DNA from: Escherichia phage pEC-N1203-2Af.1
DNA: 64,000 nt
Sequence record: OQ540978.1
Reading direction: 5' to 3' (one strand)
In this document: positions 40,722-51,013 of the stretch, one piece after another
Layout of the letters: each line of letters begins with the position of its first letter
Numbering within the stretch: position 1 is the first letter of the stretch
Notes under the pieces: model-generated
What the model was told of the DNA's origin: nothing
The model's database searches: none
What the model saw: the letters and a program-made list of their open reading frames with translations, nothing else
Made by a program: the position numbers and the translations under genes

Positions 40722-40762
40722 GTTATGTTAGCTCCTATACTATTAAATAATTAATTTGTCGA

Positions 40763-41848
40763 TTAATCTACGAGGAATTTGAATGCGTCTTCGTGACTAA
40801 CGCGACCCTCTGCGAATGCCTTGGCAACCTTAGCGTTGTCTGGCTTATTGGAAGTACGAGACTTTGCAGCATCAGACTTCACAACCTTGCGTGGAGCACC
40901 GGGACGTTTAATCTTAGCCATCACCTGCTGCTTACCTTTATCAAATTGGTATGCTTTATGGAGAGCTAGGAAAATAGACGGACGGTTTTCCTTCAATACT
41001 TCTTCTTCAGTAGCACCTAAGTCAATTGCATATTGCATTAAGTTTTGATATAAGTTTTCATCCCAATTTGGAATCTCACGTTTCAGAATATTAACGCACT
41101 CAACACTTTTGGCTTGGAAAGCTTCCTGTTCTTTAGCTGCTGCTTCCTGCTTAACACGCATCTGAGCCTGTTCAAGCTGGTTACGACGAGCTGTGTACTT
41201 CTCTAGGAAACGTTTGTTTTCAACATATGCTTGAGGATCTTCTACTGCAAGCTTGTCCCAATCAAATCCGTTGTAATCTTCAATTACTCGGTCTGCTTCT
41301 AAAGACGCTAATTCTAATACATCCTTCAAACCTACTACACGTTCCTCAAATGCTTCCATGTGACGCTGAAGAGTTGATTCTCGTTCGGTCATGTCAGCAC
41401 CAGTAAGATAGCCATTGGAGAGTTCTTCAATAGTCATCTCACGTCCATCAGGAAGGGTGATAACGGTTTCGTAGTCTACATCAAAGACTTCACCATCACC
41501 GTCAGCAGAATCATCTTCATATCCTGCATCGCTTGAGTCTTCCTCTTCTACTTCAGTGTTTTCATCACCTTCATCAGAGTCATCCCCATCTTCTTCGACT
41601 TCGCCTTCCTCATCATGATCTTCCCAACCATCTTCATCTTCGAACTTAAGCTCATCGCTTTCGCCGAGAAGGTCGGTATCAAAGTCGAAATTGTCACCGG
41701 TATCTTCCGGGAACTCATCGTCAATGTCCACTTCTGGTTCTTGTTCAGATTCTAATCGACCAAGCTCTTCTTTAAAAGAGCCTTTCAGGTCATCCAGTTG
41801 GAGGAAAGATTTAAAATCGTTCGGGTCAATATAATTATCTTGTGGCAT
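40763..41848 (-). CDS. scaffolding protein
   Basis: Very acidic N-terminal half then helical region; positioned between portal and capsid. Confidence 0.5.
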   Translation of the reverse strand: MPQDNYIDPNDFKSFLQLDDLKGSFKEELGRLESEQEPEVDIDDEFPEDTGDNFDFDTDLLGESDELKFEDEDGWEDHDEEGEVEEDGDDSDEGDENTEVEEEDSSDAGYEDDSADGDGEVFDVDYETVITLPDGREMTIEELSNGYLTGADMTERESTLQRHMEAFEERVVGLKDVLELASLEADRVIEDYNGFDWDKLAVEDPQAYVENKRFLEKYTARRNQLEQAQMRVKQEAAAKEQEAFQAKSVECVNILKREIPNWDENLYQNLMQYAIDLGATEEEVLKENRPSIFLALHKAYQFDKGKQQVMAKIKRPGAPRKVVKSDAAKSRTSNKPDNAKVAKAFAEGRVSHEDAFKFLVD

Positions 41849-42084
41849 TATGAAACATCTCCTGCACTATTGATAGCAGCTTTTATGACCTCTTTTAAGC
41901 TACCCACCATTTTATACTTTTGATAACAATCTTCGCGTTTCTTATTCTCATGAGGTTCAGTTTGAACTATCTCTGTCATGAGTCTTTCTTTCAATGCCTC
42001 TAATGCTGCGTCAAGACTGCCGTTAAGATTGAGAGCCGCCAAAGCGGCGGCGTGCTCTTTATTGAATTGATGCCTAATGTTCAT
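41848..42084 (-). CDS. hypothetical protein
   Basis: 78-aa ORF between portal and scaffold. Confidence 0.4.
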   Translation of the reverse strand: MNIRHQFNKEHAAALAALNLNGSLDAALEALKERLMTEIVQTEPHENKKREDCYQKYKMVGSLKEVIKAAINSAGDVS

Positions 42085-42093
42085 TCGACGTCC

Positions 42094-44337
42094 TTACTTT
42101 TTACTTCCAAGACGTTTGCCCGGAATCCGTGAATCTTTGAGAGAAGCTTGTTGCTCTTTCTTAGTTACATTTGCTTCTTTCTTCTGGAGTTCCAAAGTTT
42201 TATCCTGAACACGAGTTTGCTGAACAATCTTCTCTTGGTCAACCTGATGCTCCATAACCATCTGCAATTCTTTCAGTACAGACTCATACTGACGGACCTG
42301 CTGTTGCATAAGAGCTAGCTTGTGCTTAGCTTGTTCCAGAGTTGCATTGTTATCTTCTTTACGGTTTTCCAGAGTCATAGCATCTGCTGCATTTTCTTGC
42401 TTGAACTGCAACTCTTCCTGACGCAGACTTAATTCATCCGCAGCTTTCTGCTGTTCGAATGTAGTACGTTCACGCTGGTCGAATGCATCAGCAATCATCT
42501 TCTGAGAAGAAGCCTGTACGTTCTCAACCTGTGCTTTAGTCATCTCGAGCTGGAGGATTTCCATCGGAGACGGCTCAGGAGGCTGATACTGTTCCAGAGG
42601 CAGTAAGTATTTATGAGTGTCTTTAATACCCATCAACTCAAAGATCTGTGCAGTCATGTAACGGTCTTGCTCCAAACCGAAGAGAGGTGCTAGCTGTGCA
42701 TCTGCTGCAATCAGCTGTTTCAAGCTAATCAGTTTCTGTGCACGTTCTGCTTTCTCATTAGGAGAGATGGCTACAACAACTTGAAGATTATGACGAGCTG
42801 GTAATTGTTTCGGATTAACCTGAACCATACCACGAGGAGTTTGTACCTCAATAGGAACTTCACCGTTTTCTCTGATAAGGCTGTAAATACCACGCATCAA
42901 TTCAACCATACCGTTGTGAGCAATGTTACGACATACCATACGGAGACGGTTCTGTGCAGCATTCATCATCAAGCCTACGGTTGCATAAGCGTTATCGTTC
43001 TTAAACACATCAGGGTTGATACCCATGCCAAGTTTAGTTACACCGGTACGTGTCTCTTTAAGCTCCTCAGACATGCCTAGGAGGCCGTCAATACCTTGAG
43101 GTAGGTTATGGTATGGGAACAGGTCAATAGCGTCCTGACGTTCCATTTCAACCACTCCACCGGGACGGTTATCAAGCAGAGAGCGGCGATCGTATGCACC
43201 AACAAGAGCTTTGTATCGACCATAGTTAGCATTGTTGACGTTATCAATATAACCACGAACTAACGCGGTACGTAAATCCTGAATATCTTTCGTAATGTCA
43301 TAGACTGATTGACCATAGAAGGAACCCGGAATCGGATACGGACAGAAGGTTACAAACGGAATGTGAGTTACTTCTTCAGTGTGAAGGATATGCTCACCAG
43401 CTTGAATAACCTGATAGAGTTTAGATTCTTTATTCTTATCTAGAACACCAGTACGGATGTAGTGCTCATAAACCCAAACCATAGTAGCGATATCTTCAGT
43501 ATCTGTACCAATGTCAGCATCAATGTCCTGACGCCAGTCAGTACGAGACCAAGCAACTGTAGATTGAGTGGTATCCATCGTGTCTGTCCAGTCGTTGAAT
43601 GCTTCAATCTCATCTTTAGGGAAGCCCATAGCAACCAGATCTTCTTTAGAACGACGTACACGATGACAGAAGTATTGTGCATCTGCAAAAGAGGTAGCAT
43701 GTTCATCAACAAAGATTTGCTCTGAAGGAACATATTCAACTTTCACACGTTTAACAGTTTGTTCGTAAGTAACTTTAACATCAACTGTACCATCTTCGTT
43801 TTCTTCAGTGAATATTTCCAGATTCTTGAGTCCACCAGCTTCTAATCCCTGAACATATGCAGCCAATGCTTCCGGTGGTACACCTTCAGCTTCTTCAGTT
43901 TGAGTAGAAGTGTGCTCATCCCAATAGTATTTGATAAAAGAGTTACGAGTAACCAGACATTCTTGTGCAGCAGAGGAGATAATATTGTATCCCGGATTAT
44001 CACGCAGAAGAATTTGGTTAACTAATTTAGTTGCTACATCAGCAGCATCAGAATCCTGTTGGTTATCAGCTACGAAAGTAACTGCTTCATCACCAGAACA
44101 GAATACGTTAATAATATCTTGCAGTGTACCGTTAACAGATTCCCAAACAGTACGATCTACCCAACTAGAGCTGCCAGCAGTTACTGGTGCAGGTAAGTTA
44201 CCATAGAAATATTCCCAAGCTTCACGAGCATAGCCCTTAACAGCCATGTCAACGTAACCTTGAGCGTAATTAAAACGACGTTGAAGGTCAACACGTAACT
44301 CGTCCAACACCTCTTCACTATATTTTTGCTTAGCCAT
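42094..44337 (-). CDS. portal protein
   Basis: 747-aa ORF directly downstream of large terminase; C-terminal coiled coil. Confidence 0.6.
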   Translation of the reverse strand: MAKQKYSEEVLDELRVDLQRRFNYAQGYVDMAVKGYAREAWEYFYGNLPAPVTAGSSSWVDRTVWESVNGTLQDIINVFCSGDEAVTFVADNQQDSDAADVATKLVNQILLRDNPGYNIISSAAQECLVTRNSFIKYYWDEHTSTQTEEAEGVPPEALAAYVQGLEAGGLKNLEIFTEENEDGTVDVKVTYEQTVKRVKVEYVPSEQIFVDEHATSFADAQYFCHRVRRSKEDLVAMGFPKDEIEAFNDWTDTMDTTQSTVAWSRTDWRQDIDADIGTDTEDIATMVWVYEHYIRTGVLDKNKESKLYQVIQAGEHILHTEEVTHIPFVTFCPYPIPGSFYGQSVYDITKDIQDLRTALVRGYIDNVNNANYGRYKALVGAYDRRSLLDNRPGGVVEMERQDAIDLFPYHNLPQGIDGLLGMSEELKETRTGVTKLGMGINPDVFKNDNAYATVGLMMNAAQNRLRMVCRNIAHNGMVELMRGIYSLIRENGEVPIEVQTPRGMVQVNPKQLPARHNLQVVVAISPNEKAERAQKLISLKQLIAADAQLAPLFGLEQDRYMTAQIFELMGIKDTHKYLLPLEQYQPPEPSPMEILQLEMTKAQVENVQASSQKMIADAFDQRERTTFEQQKAADELSLRQEELQFKQENAADAMTLENRKEDNNATLEQAKHKLALMQQQVRQYESVLKELQMVMEHQVDQEKIVQQTRVQDKTLELQKKEANVTKKEQQASLKDSRIPGKRLGSKK

Positions 44338-44360
44338 CTATTCTCTCCCTCGGTTGATAG

Positions 44361-44392
44361 CTTAAATAAAAGAAGGGAGGACAAACCTCCCC
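44361..44392 (-). terminator. hairpin/attenuator between terminase and portal
   Basis: On - strand GGGAGG-TTTGTC-CCTCCC then TTCTTTTATTT. Confidence 0.35.
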
Positions 44393-44398
44393 CTTACT

Positions 44399-45940
44399 TT
44401 AGTAGCTCTGATTCCATCTGCTTACGTTTGCCTCATACAAAGAAGCGCTTCCGTAGCTAACATCATGCTTAGAGCGACCACGATGTGTAACAGAGCACGC
44501 TGAATAACGCATTGCATCCATTAAGTCATCATGTTCTTTAATAATCTTACCAACCTTACGGTGATATCTAGCTTTCTCTTCGAATAGCTTAGCGTTAGCG
44601 GCTGTGTTAAAGACTTTAAAGCGTCCACTCATCATTCTTTCTCGGATATCTGTGATTCCCGGTTCTACAAAGAAGTTCTTTTTACCATCCATTCCAATTT
44701 TGTTGTAGAAGGTCTCACTCTGTACGTTAACTCCTGCATTCTTATAGAATTGAGCAACAGATGAACCACTACCTTTCTCAGTATTGTCCGCATCATGCGG
44801 TAGGATGACAGGAATCCACTGACCACGACCATTAATAGCTGGAGCATGATACACTGGAGTAAAGCCACCTTCTTTATATGAGTCGTAAACATAGATAGTA
44901 TCCGTGTTTGCGTCGTAAGCTGTCCAAACAGCAGCAGTTGGGTGATCAATACCAATATCAATTGCACAGACACGTTTCCACGTATCAGGAATTTCGAATG
45001 GTTCACATTTAATTGTGTCATCCGATACATCATAAATCAAACCACTTCCTAACAATGGCATACCTTTTGAACGCATCTCTAATTGCCACGCTGGAATACC
45101 TTCAGTCATATCTTTTATATCTTGGTCAGTGATGTGTCCACCTAAGTCTGCATGAGCATCCCACCAAGAAGCATTCTGGAAATATAGAGAACCTGTGTTC
45201 TCATCTCCTTCACCTTTCATAAATTTATCTACCAGTTCAGTTAAACCGTTCTCTGGTGTAGCTGTAATTGTAACTAGACCTTTAGTTGTGAGTGTACGTG
45301 TGACGCACTGTGCGAATATAGCCATAGACTCGTATGGATCTTCTTCGTCTAACCAAATGTAGTCAACTGTTGCACCCATCAATGTGTGTTCACCCTGTTG
45401 GGTTGAACGGAATTCTAATGTACTTAAACCGTCAAACTCTCCTCTCTCATTTTGATGTTTGATTTGTACGATTTGAAGTTTGTTACCATCTCGTTCTATC
45501 GTATCAATGACGATAGCATCACGAGGAATGACACCTGTCCCTAATAAATTTGTATCCTTTCCGATAGGTGTACCAAACAGTTCCTTTTGCAATACCTTCC
45601 TTGTGGAATCCCCTGTAATACCAACTGCCCATGCTAAGATAGGTCTTTTAAATTTATATCCTGTCCACCAAGTTGGGTAGCGACCTGTGACATGACAAGC
45701 AAACTCGTATGCCTCGCTGTAAGATTTACCAACACGGTTCGCTGCACACAAGAATCTAAAGCGATGCTTCAATCCTGCTGCATAAAATTTCTTTTGGAAG
45801 TCATACGCCTTGAAAGACAAAATCTTATTATACTTCCTCCATTGGTCACGCTCTTTCAACATATTCAATAGTGCTTTCTTTTCCTCTACACTAAGGTTGT
45901 TACCAGTTAGAGCTTCATAAATTTGTTTATCTAATGACAT
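44399..45940 (-). CDS. terminase large subunit
   Basis: Walker A-like AANRVGKS near the N-terminus; C-terminal nuclease-like IDIGIDHPTAAVW; typical size. Confidence 0.75.
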   Translation of the reverse strand: MSLDKQIYEALTGNNLSVEEKKALLNMLKERDQWRKYNKILSFKAYDFQKKFYAAGLKHRFRFLCAANRVGKSYSEAYEFACHVTGRYPTWWTGYKFKRPILAWAVGITGDSTRKVLQKELFGTPIGKDTNLLGTGVIPRDAIVIDTIERDGNKLQIVQIKHQNERGEFDGLSTLEFRSTQQGEHTLMGATVDYIWLDEEDPYESMAIFAQCVTRTLTTKGLVTITATPENGLTELVDKFMKGEGDENTGSLYFQNASWWDAHADLGGHITDQDIKDMTEGIPAWQLEMRSKGMPLLGSGLIYDVSDDTIKCEPFEIPDTWKRVCAIDIGIDHPTAAVWTAYDANTDTIYVYDSYKEGGFTPVYHAPAINGRGQWIPVILPHDADNTEKGSGSSVAQFYKNAGVNVQSETFYNKIGMDGKKNFFVEPGITDIRERMMSGRFKVFNTAANAKLFEEKARYHRKVGKIIKEHDDLMDAMRYSACSVTHRGRSKHDVSYGSASLYEANVSRWNQSY

Positions 45941-46057
45941 ACTTCCTCCAGTTTAAAAATAGAAAAGGGAAAGTCCCTTCGTCAAAGAACCTCCCCCTCT
46001 CTTATTCGCTGCATATCTGGTTAACTTAAAATCCAGCATCCATACAGCTTCCTTTAA

Positions 46058-46531
46058 TTAACTCTCGTCCGCTTCCTCCCCCTTTTCAGCGTCCTCAGAG
46101 TTGTCTTCTTCTGGAGGCATAACGTCGATACCAAGTGCTCCAGTCAAGAAGTCCTTGATTTGTGCATTCAATGATTCTTCGTTGATTACATTCTCTTCCT
46201 CAATCTTAACTTCAACAGAGGCCGCCTTAGGGTATACCAGATCTGCAACTTTTGATGCAGCCTTGAATCTAAGATCAGGTGGAATATTAGGATCTTCGTA
46301 AATTTGAATTAACACTTCATCAGGAGACAAATGACTTGCAGCAACACGGTCCAACATTAATTGTGTCAGTTTACCTCTACTACCTCTGGGTCGTCCGAAT
46401 TTATTTCCCTTTTGAAACTTCCCATTGCTTGGGTTCATACCACGGCTTTCAAGTTCTTCCGTTACTCCGGGTAATCTTCCTGTAATCTCAGCTACCTGTG
46501 CAGGTGTGAGTTCTCCGTTTTCTCCAAACAT
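46058..46531 (-). CDS. putative terminase small subunit
   Basis: N-terminal HTH-like LTPAQVAEITGRLPGV, basic patch, acidic C-terminus; sits just upstream of terminase large. Confidence 0.45.
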   Translation of the reverse strand: MFGENGELTPAQVAEITGRLPGVTEELESRGMNPSNGKFQKGNKFGRPRGSRGKLTQLMLDRVAASHLSPDEVLIQIYEDPNIPPDLRFKAASKVADLVYPKAASVEVKIEEENVINEESLNAQIKDFLTGALGIDVMPPEEDNSEDAEKGEEADES

Positions 46532-46560
46532 TTTATACTCCTTCTACATTATCAACAACA

Positions 46561-46583
46561 CAAAAAGCCTCCCAAGGGAGGCA
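46561..46583 (-). terminator. rho-independent terminator
   Basis: On - strand GCCTCCC-TTG-GGAGGC then TTTTTG. Confidence 0.6.
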
Positions 46584-46587
46584 AACA

Positions 46588-47247
46588 TTACTTACAATCA
46601 CCAACGGACAGGTTAAACATCTTACCTAAAGCAATCGTCTCACCCTCCCACGGAAGTTCTACACCCTTCTCTTCCTCTAAAATAATAGAGCCGTCGACCA
46701 AAAATTTTTCGTAGTCTCGCAGTGCGTCGTCTACTAACTCACTCTTGTGAATCCACGTAATTGTTTCCGTACCATCCTCTTCGATTCGAACATCACGATG
46801 CCATTCATCTTTGGAGGTAATGTAATCATGGAGCATTTCATATTCAGCTTCTTCAATCATCTCAATCATTGCACGAGCATAGTCAGGGAGGTGATCATGT
46901 TTAGTAGATACATACGGAACAACTTCTAGATTGGAAGGACACTTACGTTTAACTTCCTTTGCTACAGTGAAATAGTCTTTCACATCTTTAGCTTCTGTAC
47001 GAGGAATCAAACCTTCCCATATTTCACGGGTTGAAGGAGCATAACCATACACAGAACCATGAGCCAGTTGTTTTACCATCTCAACTCGGGACTTACCTCC
47101 AGTAGTTTCATGAACACGGTTCAGATAGAGAATGTCCTCTGGTAAAGGACGGAGAGGACCACCATTGAAAACAACCTCGCCTTTACATCCCATGTTCTCA
47201 TAGATTGCATTCAGTGTATTAGTTCCTGTCATATTGTTATTCATCAT
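46588..47247 (-). CDS. hypothetical protein
   Basis: Start moved to ATGATG at 47247 (AAGGAGAG upstream). Confidence 0.45.
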   Translation of the reverse strand: MMNNNMTGTNTLNAIYENMGCKGEVVFNGGPLRPLPEDILYLNRVHETTGGKSRVEMVKQLAHGSVYGYAPSTREIWEGLIPRTEAKDVKDYFTVAKEVKRKCPSNLEVVPYVSTKHDHLPDYARAMIEMIEEAEYEMLHDYITSKDEWHRDVRIEEDGTETITWIHKSELVDDALRDYEKFLVDGSIILEEEKGVELPWEGETIALGKMFNLSVGDCK

Positions 47248-47509
47248 TCTCTCCTTCAGTGTCAGTGTTATCACTATAACGATAGTCTTTATAAGTCTCA
47301 GCCTTGTAGGTTACAAAGCATCTCATGTACAACCAGCCCAATGAACTCAGGTCTATTGTAACATCAAAATCTTCATCATCGTCTAGGTCTACTAATCTAC
47401 CCAAACAAGTTATTACTTCAGTGCCCCCAACTTCTTCAACTTTAAATGCACATTTTTCAGTGCGGAAGTAAGGAATCAACTCTGATAAAAAGTCTAATAC
47501 TAAATTCAT
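47237..47509 (-). CDS. hypothetical protein
   Basis: Start moved to ATG at 47509 (GAGGAGAAG upstream); acidic C-terminus. Confidence 0.4.
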   Translation of the reverse strand: MNLVLDFLSELIPYFRTEKCAFKVEEVGGTEVITCLGRLVDLDDDEDFDVTIDLSSLGWLYMRCFVTYKAETYKDYRYSDNTDTEGENDE

Positions 47510-47659
47510 AATTCTTCTCCTCTGAATAAGATTCAATCTACCCATTCACCGTTGCCACCTTTTTGGTAGAACCATGCATTGCGGGATACTGAGTACACTA
47601 TGTCCTTATAAATTAAGGAGTGTAGTTCTTTTAAAAACTTCATATTCTATCCTCTGAAT

Positions 47660-48560
47660 AAAAGTATAAAGGGCTAGGCATATCCAACCCGTAAAGGCCA
47701 CATCATACTAACAACCCGTGTACGCTGAAGTAAAGGGCATGTCATAAAGGGGACTTCATAAAGGCCATGTCACGTTAAGGCCTGTCCACCCACGTACTGA
47801 ATCTCAACTTACCACATTCCTTACACTTCCATGTTGATAGGTAGAGACCATGTATTCTTTCATCCCCGTAAGCTTTACGAAGAAGGTAGTAATTGTGCTT
47901 ACACTTCATCCGTCTAAATACTTTAATTAGATCCATTAAGTTCTCTCTTAAGCTTATATACATCTGTTTAAAATTCTGATTTGACCGAGTGGGGCTAGGC
48001 ACTCCGCGGCGAATTGTTAAAAAGGGGGAGTCCTCATTTAAAAAATGGTTATTGGCAATGCCTTTACACCTTCTTCCGTGTTCCAACCTTTCCCCGTGCC
48101 TACTCCCCGTTATTCTTTCCCCGTGTATACTACCCAATACATTTACTACCCGTTTATTTAGTACCCCTTTAAAGAGTAGGAGAAAGGCTAGTCACTGATA
48201 ATGATTAGATTAAGGCACTATGAATAGGCTAATAATACCCCACAGTTACTACCCACTTCCCCCATAGTTTGATTGTAAATAGTTTCAATGGTAATGATTA
48301 TGAGTGTAATAATGATGTATGTATTAATTAAGTGGAAGATAGTAATTAACAGTTATTATTTCTTTTTATTCTTTTCTTTTTCAGCGTGCGTGAGTACGCA
48401 GTACGAACGGTTTTTGATGTTTGAGTTATACAATTATTTAAGTGGTATATTATTACCGCACTATCTGGCCATGCTTCCCCGTGGTCTGTTCTGCGGTTGT
48501 GTGTTCCCCGTCCTATATAGTAGAAATAGTTTACCCGTGGTTGCTTGTCTTCCTTGTTAA
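47660..48560. repeat. intergenic cluster of short direct repeats (TAAAGG(G/C)C, CCCGT, TACTACCC)
   Basis: Six TAAAGG copies in 47665-47770; nine CCCGT in about 900 bp; AT-rich tract 48300-48400. Confidence 0.5.
47775..47936 (-). CDS. hypothetical small Cys-containing protein
   Basis: 54-aa ORF from internal ATG; CKHN...CKEC. Confidence 0.25.
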   Translation of the reverse strand: MDLIKVFRRMKCKHNYYLLRKAYGDERIHGLYLSTWKCKECGKLRFSTWVDRP

Positions 48561-48607
48561 GTAGTAGTAAATTGAAGCCTATTGATTGAGTGATTGGAGT
48601 GATAAAA

Positions 48608-48781
48608 ATGATGATTCTAGTAATGATGGCAATGGCTATAGTGTTTCCTTTACTTGTTCTGATCGTTTGTGAAGTAGTTGAGCCGTTCGCTGATAGCAAG
48701 TTAAGCCCGAAAGATAAGCCTAGTAAGTTTAATGGCGCTACTTTTAGCAGAAAGAAAGTTAGAAAGATGGTTGCAATGTAA
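48608..48781 (+). CDS. small membrane protein
   Basis: Hydrophobic MMILVMMAMAIVFPLLVLIV. Confidence 0.35.
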   Translation: MMILVMMAMAIVFPLLVLIVCEVVEPFADSKLSPKDKPSKFNGATFSRKKVRKMVAM

Positions 48782-48836
48782 GAAAGCGTGTCCTATTATA
48801 TCCCTACCGTCCTGATTTTCTGAATAGCAAGGATTT

Positions 48837-49001
48837 ATGATGGGTATTAAATTCCGTGTTATGGTTGACCTTGAAGGATTCGGCGCTCCTGATGAGTTAG
48901 CTGGTATCTTCTTATCTATGGATACCGCTATATTGTGCGCTGATTCCATTCGTGAAATTGAAGGCTTGAACACCTATATTATTGAATCTATCGAGGATTA
49001 A
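48837..49001 (+). CDS. hypothetical small protein
   Basis: 54-aa ORF translated by hand; AAGGA upstream. Confidence 0.35.
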   Translation: MMGIKFRVMVDLEGFGAPDELAGIFLSMDTAILCADSIREIEGLNTYIIESIED

Positions 49002-49004
49002 ATC

Positions 49005-49496
49005 ATGGCTAAAATAATGCAAGTAGTAAATCTGGCAAGTTATGCACTAGTCGCCGCGATCGGTGTTAGTGCGCTGGTATCTTCCTTTCCTGATAAGGCT
49101 GTTGCTAGTCCTGCTCCTGCAACTGATGCGGCTAGTGTCTTCGTTAGTTCCATCAATAAAGGTTGGATGATTTGCAACGGTGCTGATAGTGACACCAATC
49201 AGATCGTTTTAAAGGTTAAATTCAGTAACGTTTCCCGTGATGGTCTGGTCGTTAGTACCAAAACACTGGACAATCAGCCTAACAGTGATCTAGTTCTCAA
49301 GCGTACTGATAACGATGCGGATATGGTGACTTATGGCACTGTACAACGTTACAGCCATGCGAAAGCTGTCACGAATCTGGTCAGTTATGGCCCGGTTAAG
49401 GAGTCGATGATCGCCACCACGGTTTACAATAACGCTGATAACGCTGTTTATACCGTTCACGTTAATCTAGCCAACTGTATTAAGGCTAGTAAGTAA
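49005..49496 (+). CDS. secreted/periplasmic protein (signal peptide)
   Basis: N-terminal hydrophobic signal-like segment ending ...AVASPAPA; higher GC than the late genes. Confidence 0.5.
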   Translation: MAKIMQVVNLASYALVAAIGVSALVSSFPDKAVASPAPATDAASVFVSSINKGWMICNGADSDTNQIVLKVKFSNVSRDGLVVSTKTLDNQPNSDLVLKRTDNDADMVTYGTVQRYSHAKAVTNLVSYGPVKESMIATTVYNNADNAVYTVHVNLANCIKASK

Positions 49497-49522
49497 ATAA
49501 CTTATTTTTGGGAGTGTAAAAA

Positions 49523-49789
49523 ATGACTATCAAAGAAATTAGATTATCTAATGGCTTTTCTTGTTTTGTTGGCGATCAATCTATCATGTTTAACACGCTT
49601 GATGGTCAGCTTACAGTGCCTATTATCACTTTTTGCAAAATGGACTTTCAACCGGCTAGAAACTGGTTAGCATTTGCTGGCCTTGAAATCACCCGCGATG
49701 ATTTTCGTTCAATTTATTTTGACGGTGGCTTATCACTGGCGAATCTGCTCAATCATGGACTAATTGAGGGTGATACCAATGGGGAATGA
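49523..49789 (+). CDS. hypothetical protein
   Basis: 88-aa ORF. Confidence 0.45.
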   Translation: MTIKEIRLSNGFSCFVGDQSIMFNTLDGQLTVPIITFCKMDFQPARNWLAFAGLEITRDDFRSIYFDGGLSLANLLNHGLIEGDTNGE

Positions 49790-49977
49790 TTGTTTCTGGC
49801 GTTGCTTATTCGTTGTTACAGTGGCGTTATTCGTCGCTGATATGCTTTATTCTTACATCCTTTGAGGTCCGGTTGTGTTGTTTCTGTTTTTGTTTGCCAT
49901 TGGCTTCCTTTCTTTAAACTATTTATTGATTGTTGCCGCTTTCGATATTCTTAAACTAATTAAAGAGGTTTATTGCT

Positions 49978-50343
49978 ATGTGGTTTATTAAATTCATCGT
50001 TAAGATGGTTGTAGGCTTTTTTCTGGTTGTTCTTCTGTTAGGTGTCCTGCTATCGGCTATGGGTAGCGTTAAGGCTGCAACGTTTTCCCCTGATACGGTT
50101 GACGGTTTACAGTGTACCTATCTCGTAGAAAACTATGAAACTGGTAAAAAGTCACCTAAAGTTATTATTTTGCATGTAAATGATTTTGATCATGTGCAAT
50201 CAGATAGTAAAACTATTCTACTGGTAAACGAAACTACCGGTAAACAAATCACGGTCAATCACTTGATGCGCTCATCGTTGACGCTCTTTGATGAGTCCAT
50301 GAATGAAATTGAGTCCGGTAATGGTCAATGTGTAAATCCATAG
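49978..50343 (+). CDS. secreted or membrane-anchored protein
   Basis: N-terminal hydrophobic segment VGFFLVVLLLGVLLSAMGSVKA. Confidence 0.5.
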   Translation: MWFIKFIVKMVVGFFLVVLLLGVLLSAMGSVKAATFSPDTVDGLQCTYLVENYETGKKSPKVIILHVNDFDHVQSDSKTILLVNETTGKQITVNHLMRSSLTLFDESMNEIESGNGQCVNP

Positions 50344-50418
50344 GCTTAATCTTTCTCCTTTATTGTGCCGTAGTCATGCCTATGGTCATAATCTATCTGA
50401 TGTTTTAAAGCCTCCTGA

Positions 50419-50446
50419 AAGCCTCGCCATGAGGCTTTTTTCTTTT
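50419..50446 (+). terminator. rho-independent terminator
   Basis: AAGCCTC-GCCAT-GAGGCTT then TTTTTCTTTT. Confidence 0.7.
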
Positions 50447-50549
50447 CTAAGGTGATTGTATACCTTACTCCCTTTTAGCTCGCTGTAGCGCGTTTTAGGC
50501 CGCCTATTGTTGCTTTACAAGCCGTTTTCTATGATGTATCACGTGCGCC

Positions 50550-50559
50550 CGCTCTTTTA
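50550..50559 (+). promoter_or_regulatory. boxA-like element
   Basis: CGCTCTTTTA. Confidence 0.35.
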
Positions 50560-50666
50560 CCTTCCTATAGTGAAAAAGTTTAAAATAATTTGCTTTGCCC
50601 TATTGCACTTCCTGAAAGCTCACGTATACTGATTTTCATCGGGTACGATGTAAAACATACGCCGCG

Positions 50667-50681
50667 CGCTCTTTAAAAATC
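50667..50681 (+). promoter_or_regulatory. boxA-like element
   Basis: CGCTCTTTAAAAATC, close to lambda nutL boxA as recalled. Confidence 0.45.
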
Positions 50682-50714
50682 AGGCTAGAAAGTGAAAAAT
50701 ACTTGAAAAAGTAT

Positions 50715-50742
50715 TTGACAACTGGAAAGCCTAACCTATAAT
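50715..50742 (+). promoter_or_regulatory. strong sigma70 promoter P1
   Basis: TTGACA, 16-nt spacer, TATAAT; AAATACTTgaaaaAGTATTT palindrome just upstream. Confidence 0.7.
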
Positions 50743-50885
50743 GAGCTTAGAAAGACAAGATGACCGCTCAAGTAACTCCCTAGTGAGTGAAGCAAGTCAG
50801 ACGCAGGCAGGCGGATACCATTCCCCGGAATAATCGCAGGTTATCTGATTATCAAATGGTGTTATGGGAGCCATACAGCTTTAAA

Positions 50886-50900
50886 CGCTCTTTAAAAATC
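50886..50900 (+). promoter_or_regulatory. boxA-like element (in P1 transcript)
   Basis: CGCTCTTTAAAAATC about 136 nt downstream of P1. Confidence 0.45.
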
Positions 50901-50933
50901 AGGCTAGAAAGTGAAAAATACTTGAAAAAGTAT

Positions 50934-50961
50934 TTGACAACTGGAAAGCCTAACCTATAAT
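50934..50961 (+). promoter_or_regulatory. strong sigma70 promoter P2
   Basis: TTGACA, 16-nt spacer, TATAAT (duplicate of P1). Confidence 0.7.
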
Positions 50962-50993
50962 GAGCACAAGTCAGCGATGACGTGAAACATCCC

Positions 50994-51013
50994 CGCTCTT
51001 TAAAAATTTATCA
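50994..51013 (+). promoter_or_regulatory. boxA-like element (in P2 transcript)
   Basis: CGCTCTTTAAAAATTTATCA, near-identical to the rrn boxA GCTCTTTAACAATTTATCA as recalled. Confidence 0.5.

Larger units (their letters stand above)
50667..50746 (+). repeat. 80-bp direct repeat copy 1 (boxA + sigma70 promoter unit)
   Basis: Identical to 50886-50965. Confidence 0.8.
50886..50965 (+). repeat. 80-bp direct repeat copy 2 (boxA + sigma70 promoter unit)
   Basis: Identical to 50667-50746. Confidence 0.8.

Noticed and set aside
44361-44392. Hairpin between terminase and portal as a full terminator
   Set aside because: These genes are normally co-transcribed; kept only as a low-confidence attenuator.
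46543-46551. TAATGTAGA variant upstream of the terminase small subunit gene
   Set aside because: One mismatch and only about 12 nt from the start codon, too close for a promoter with a normal leader.
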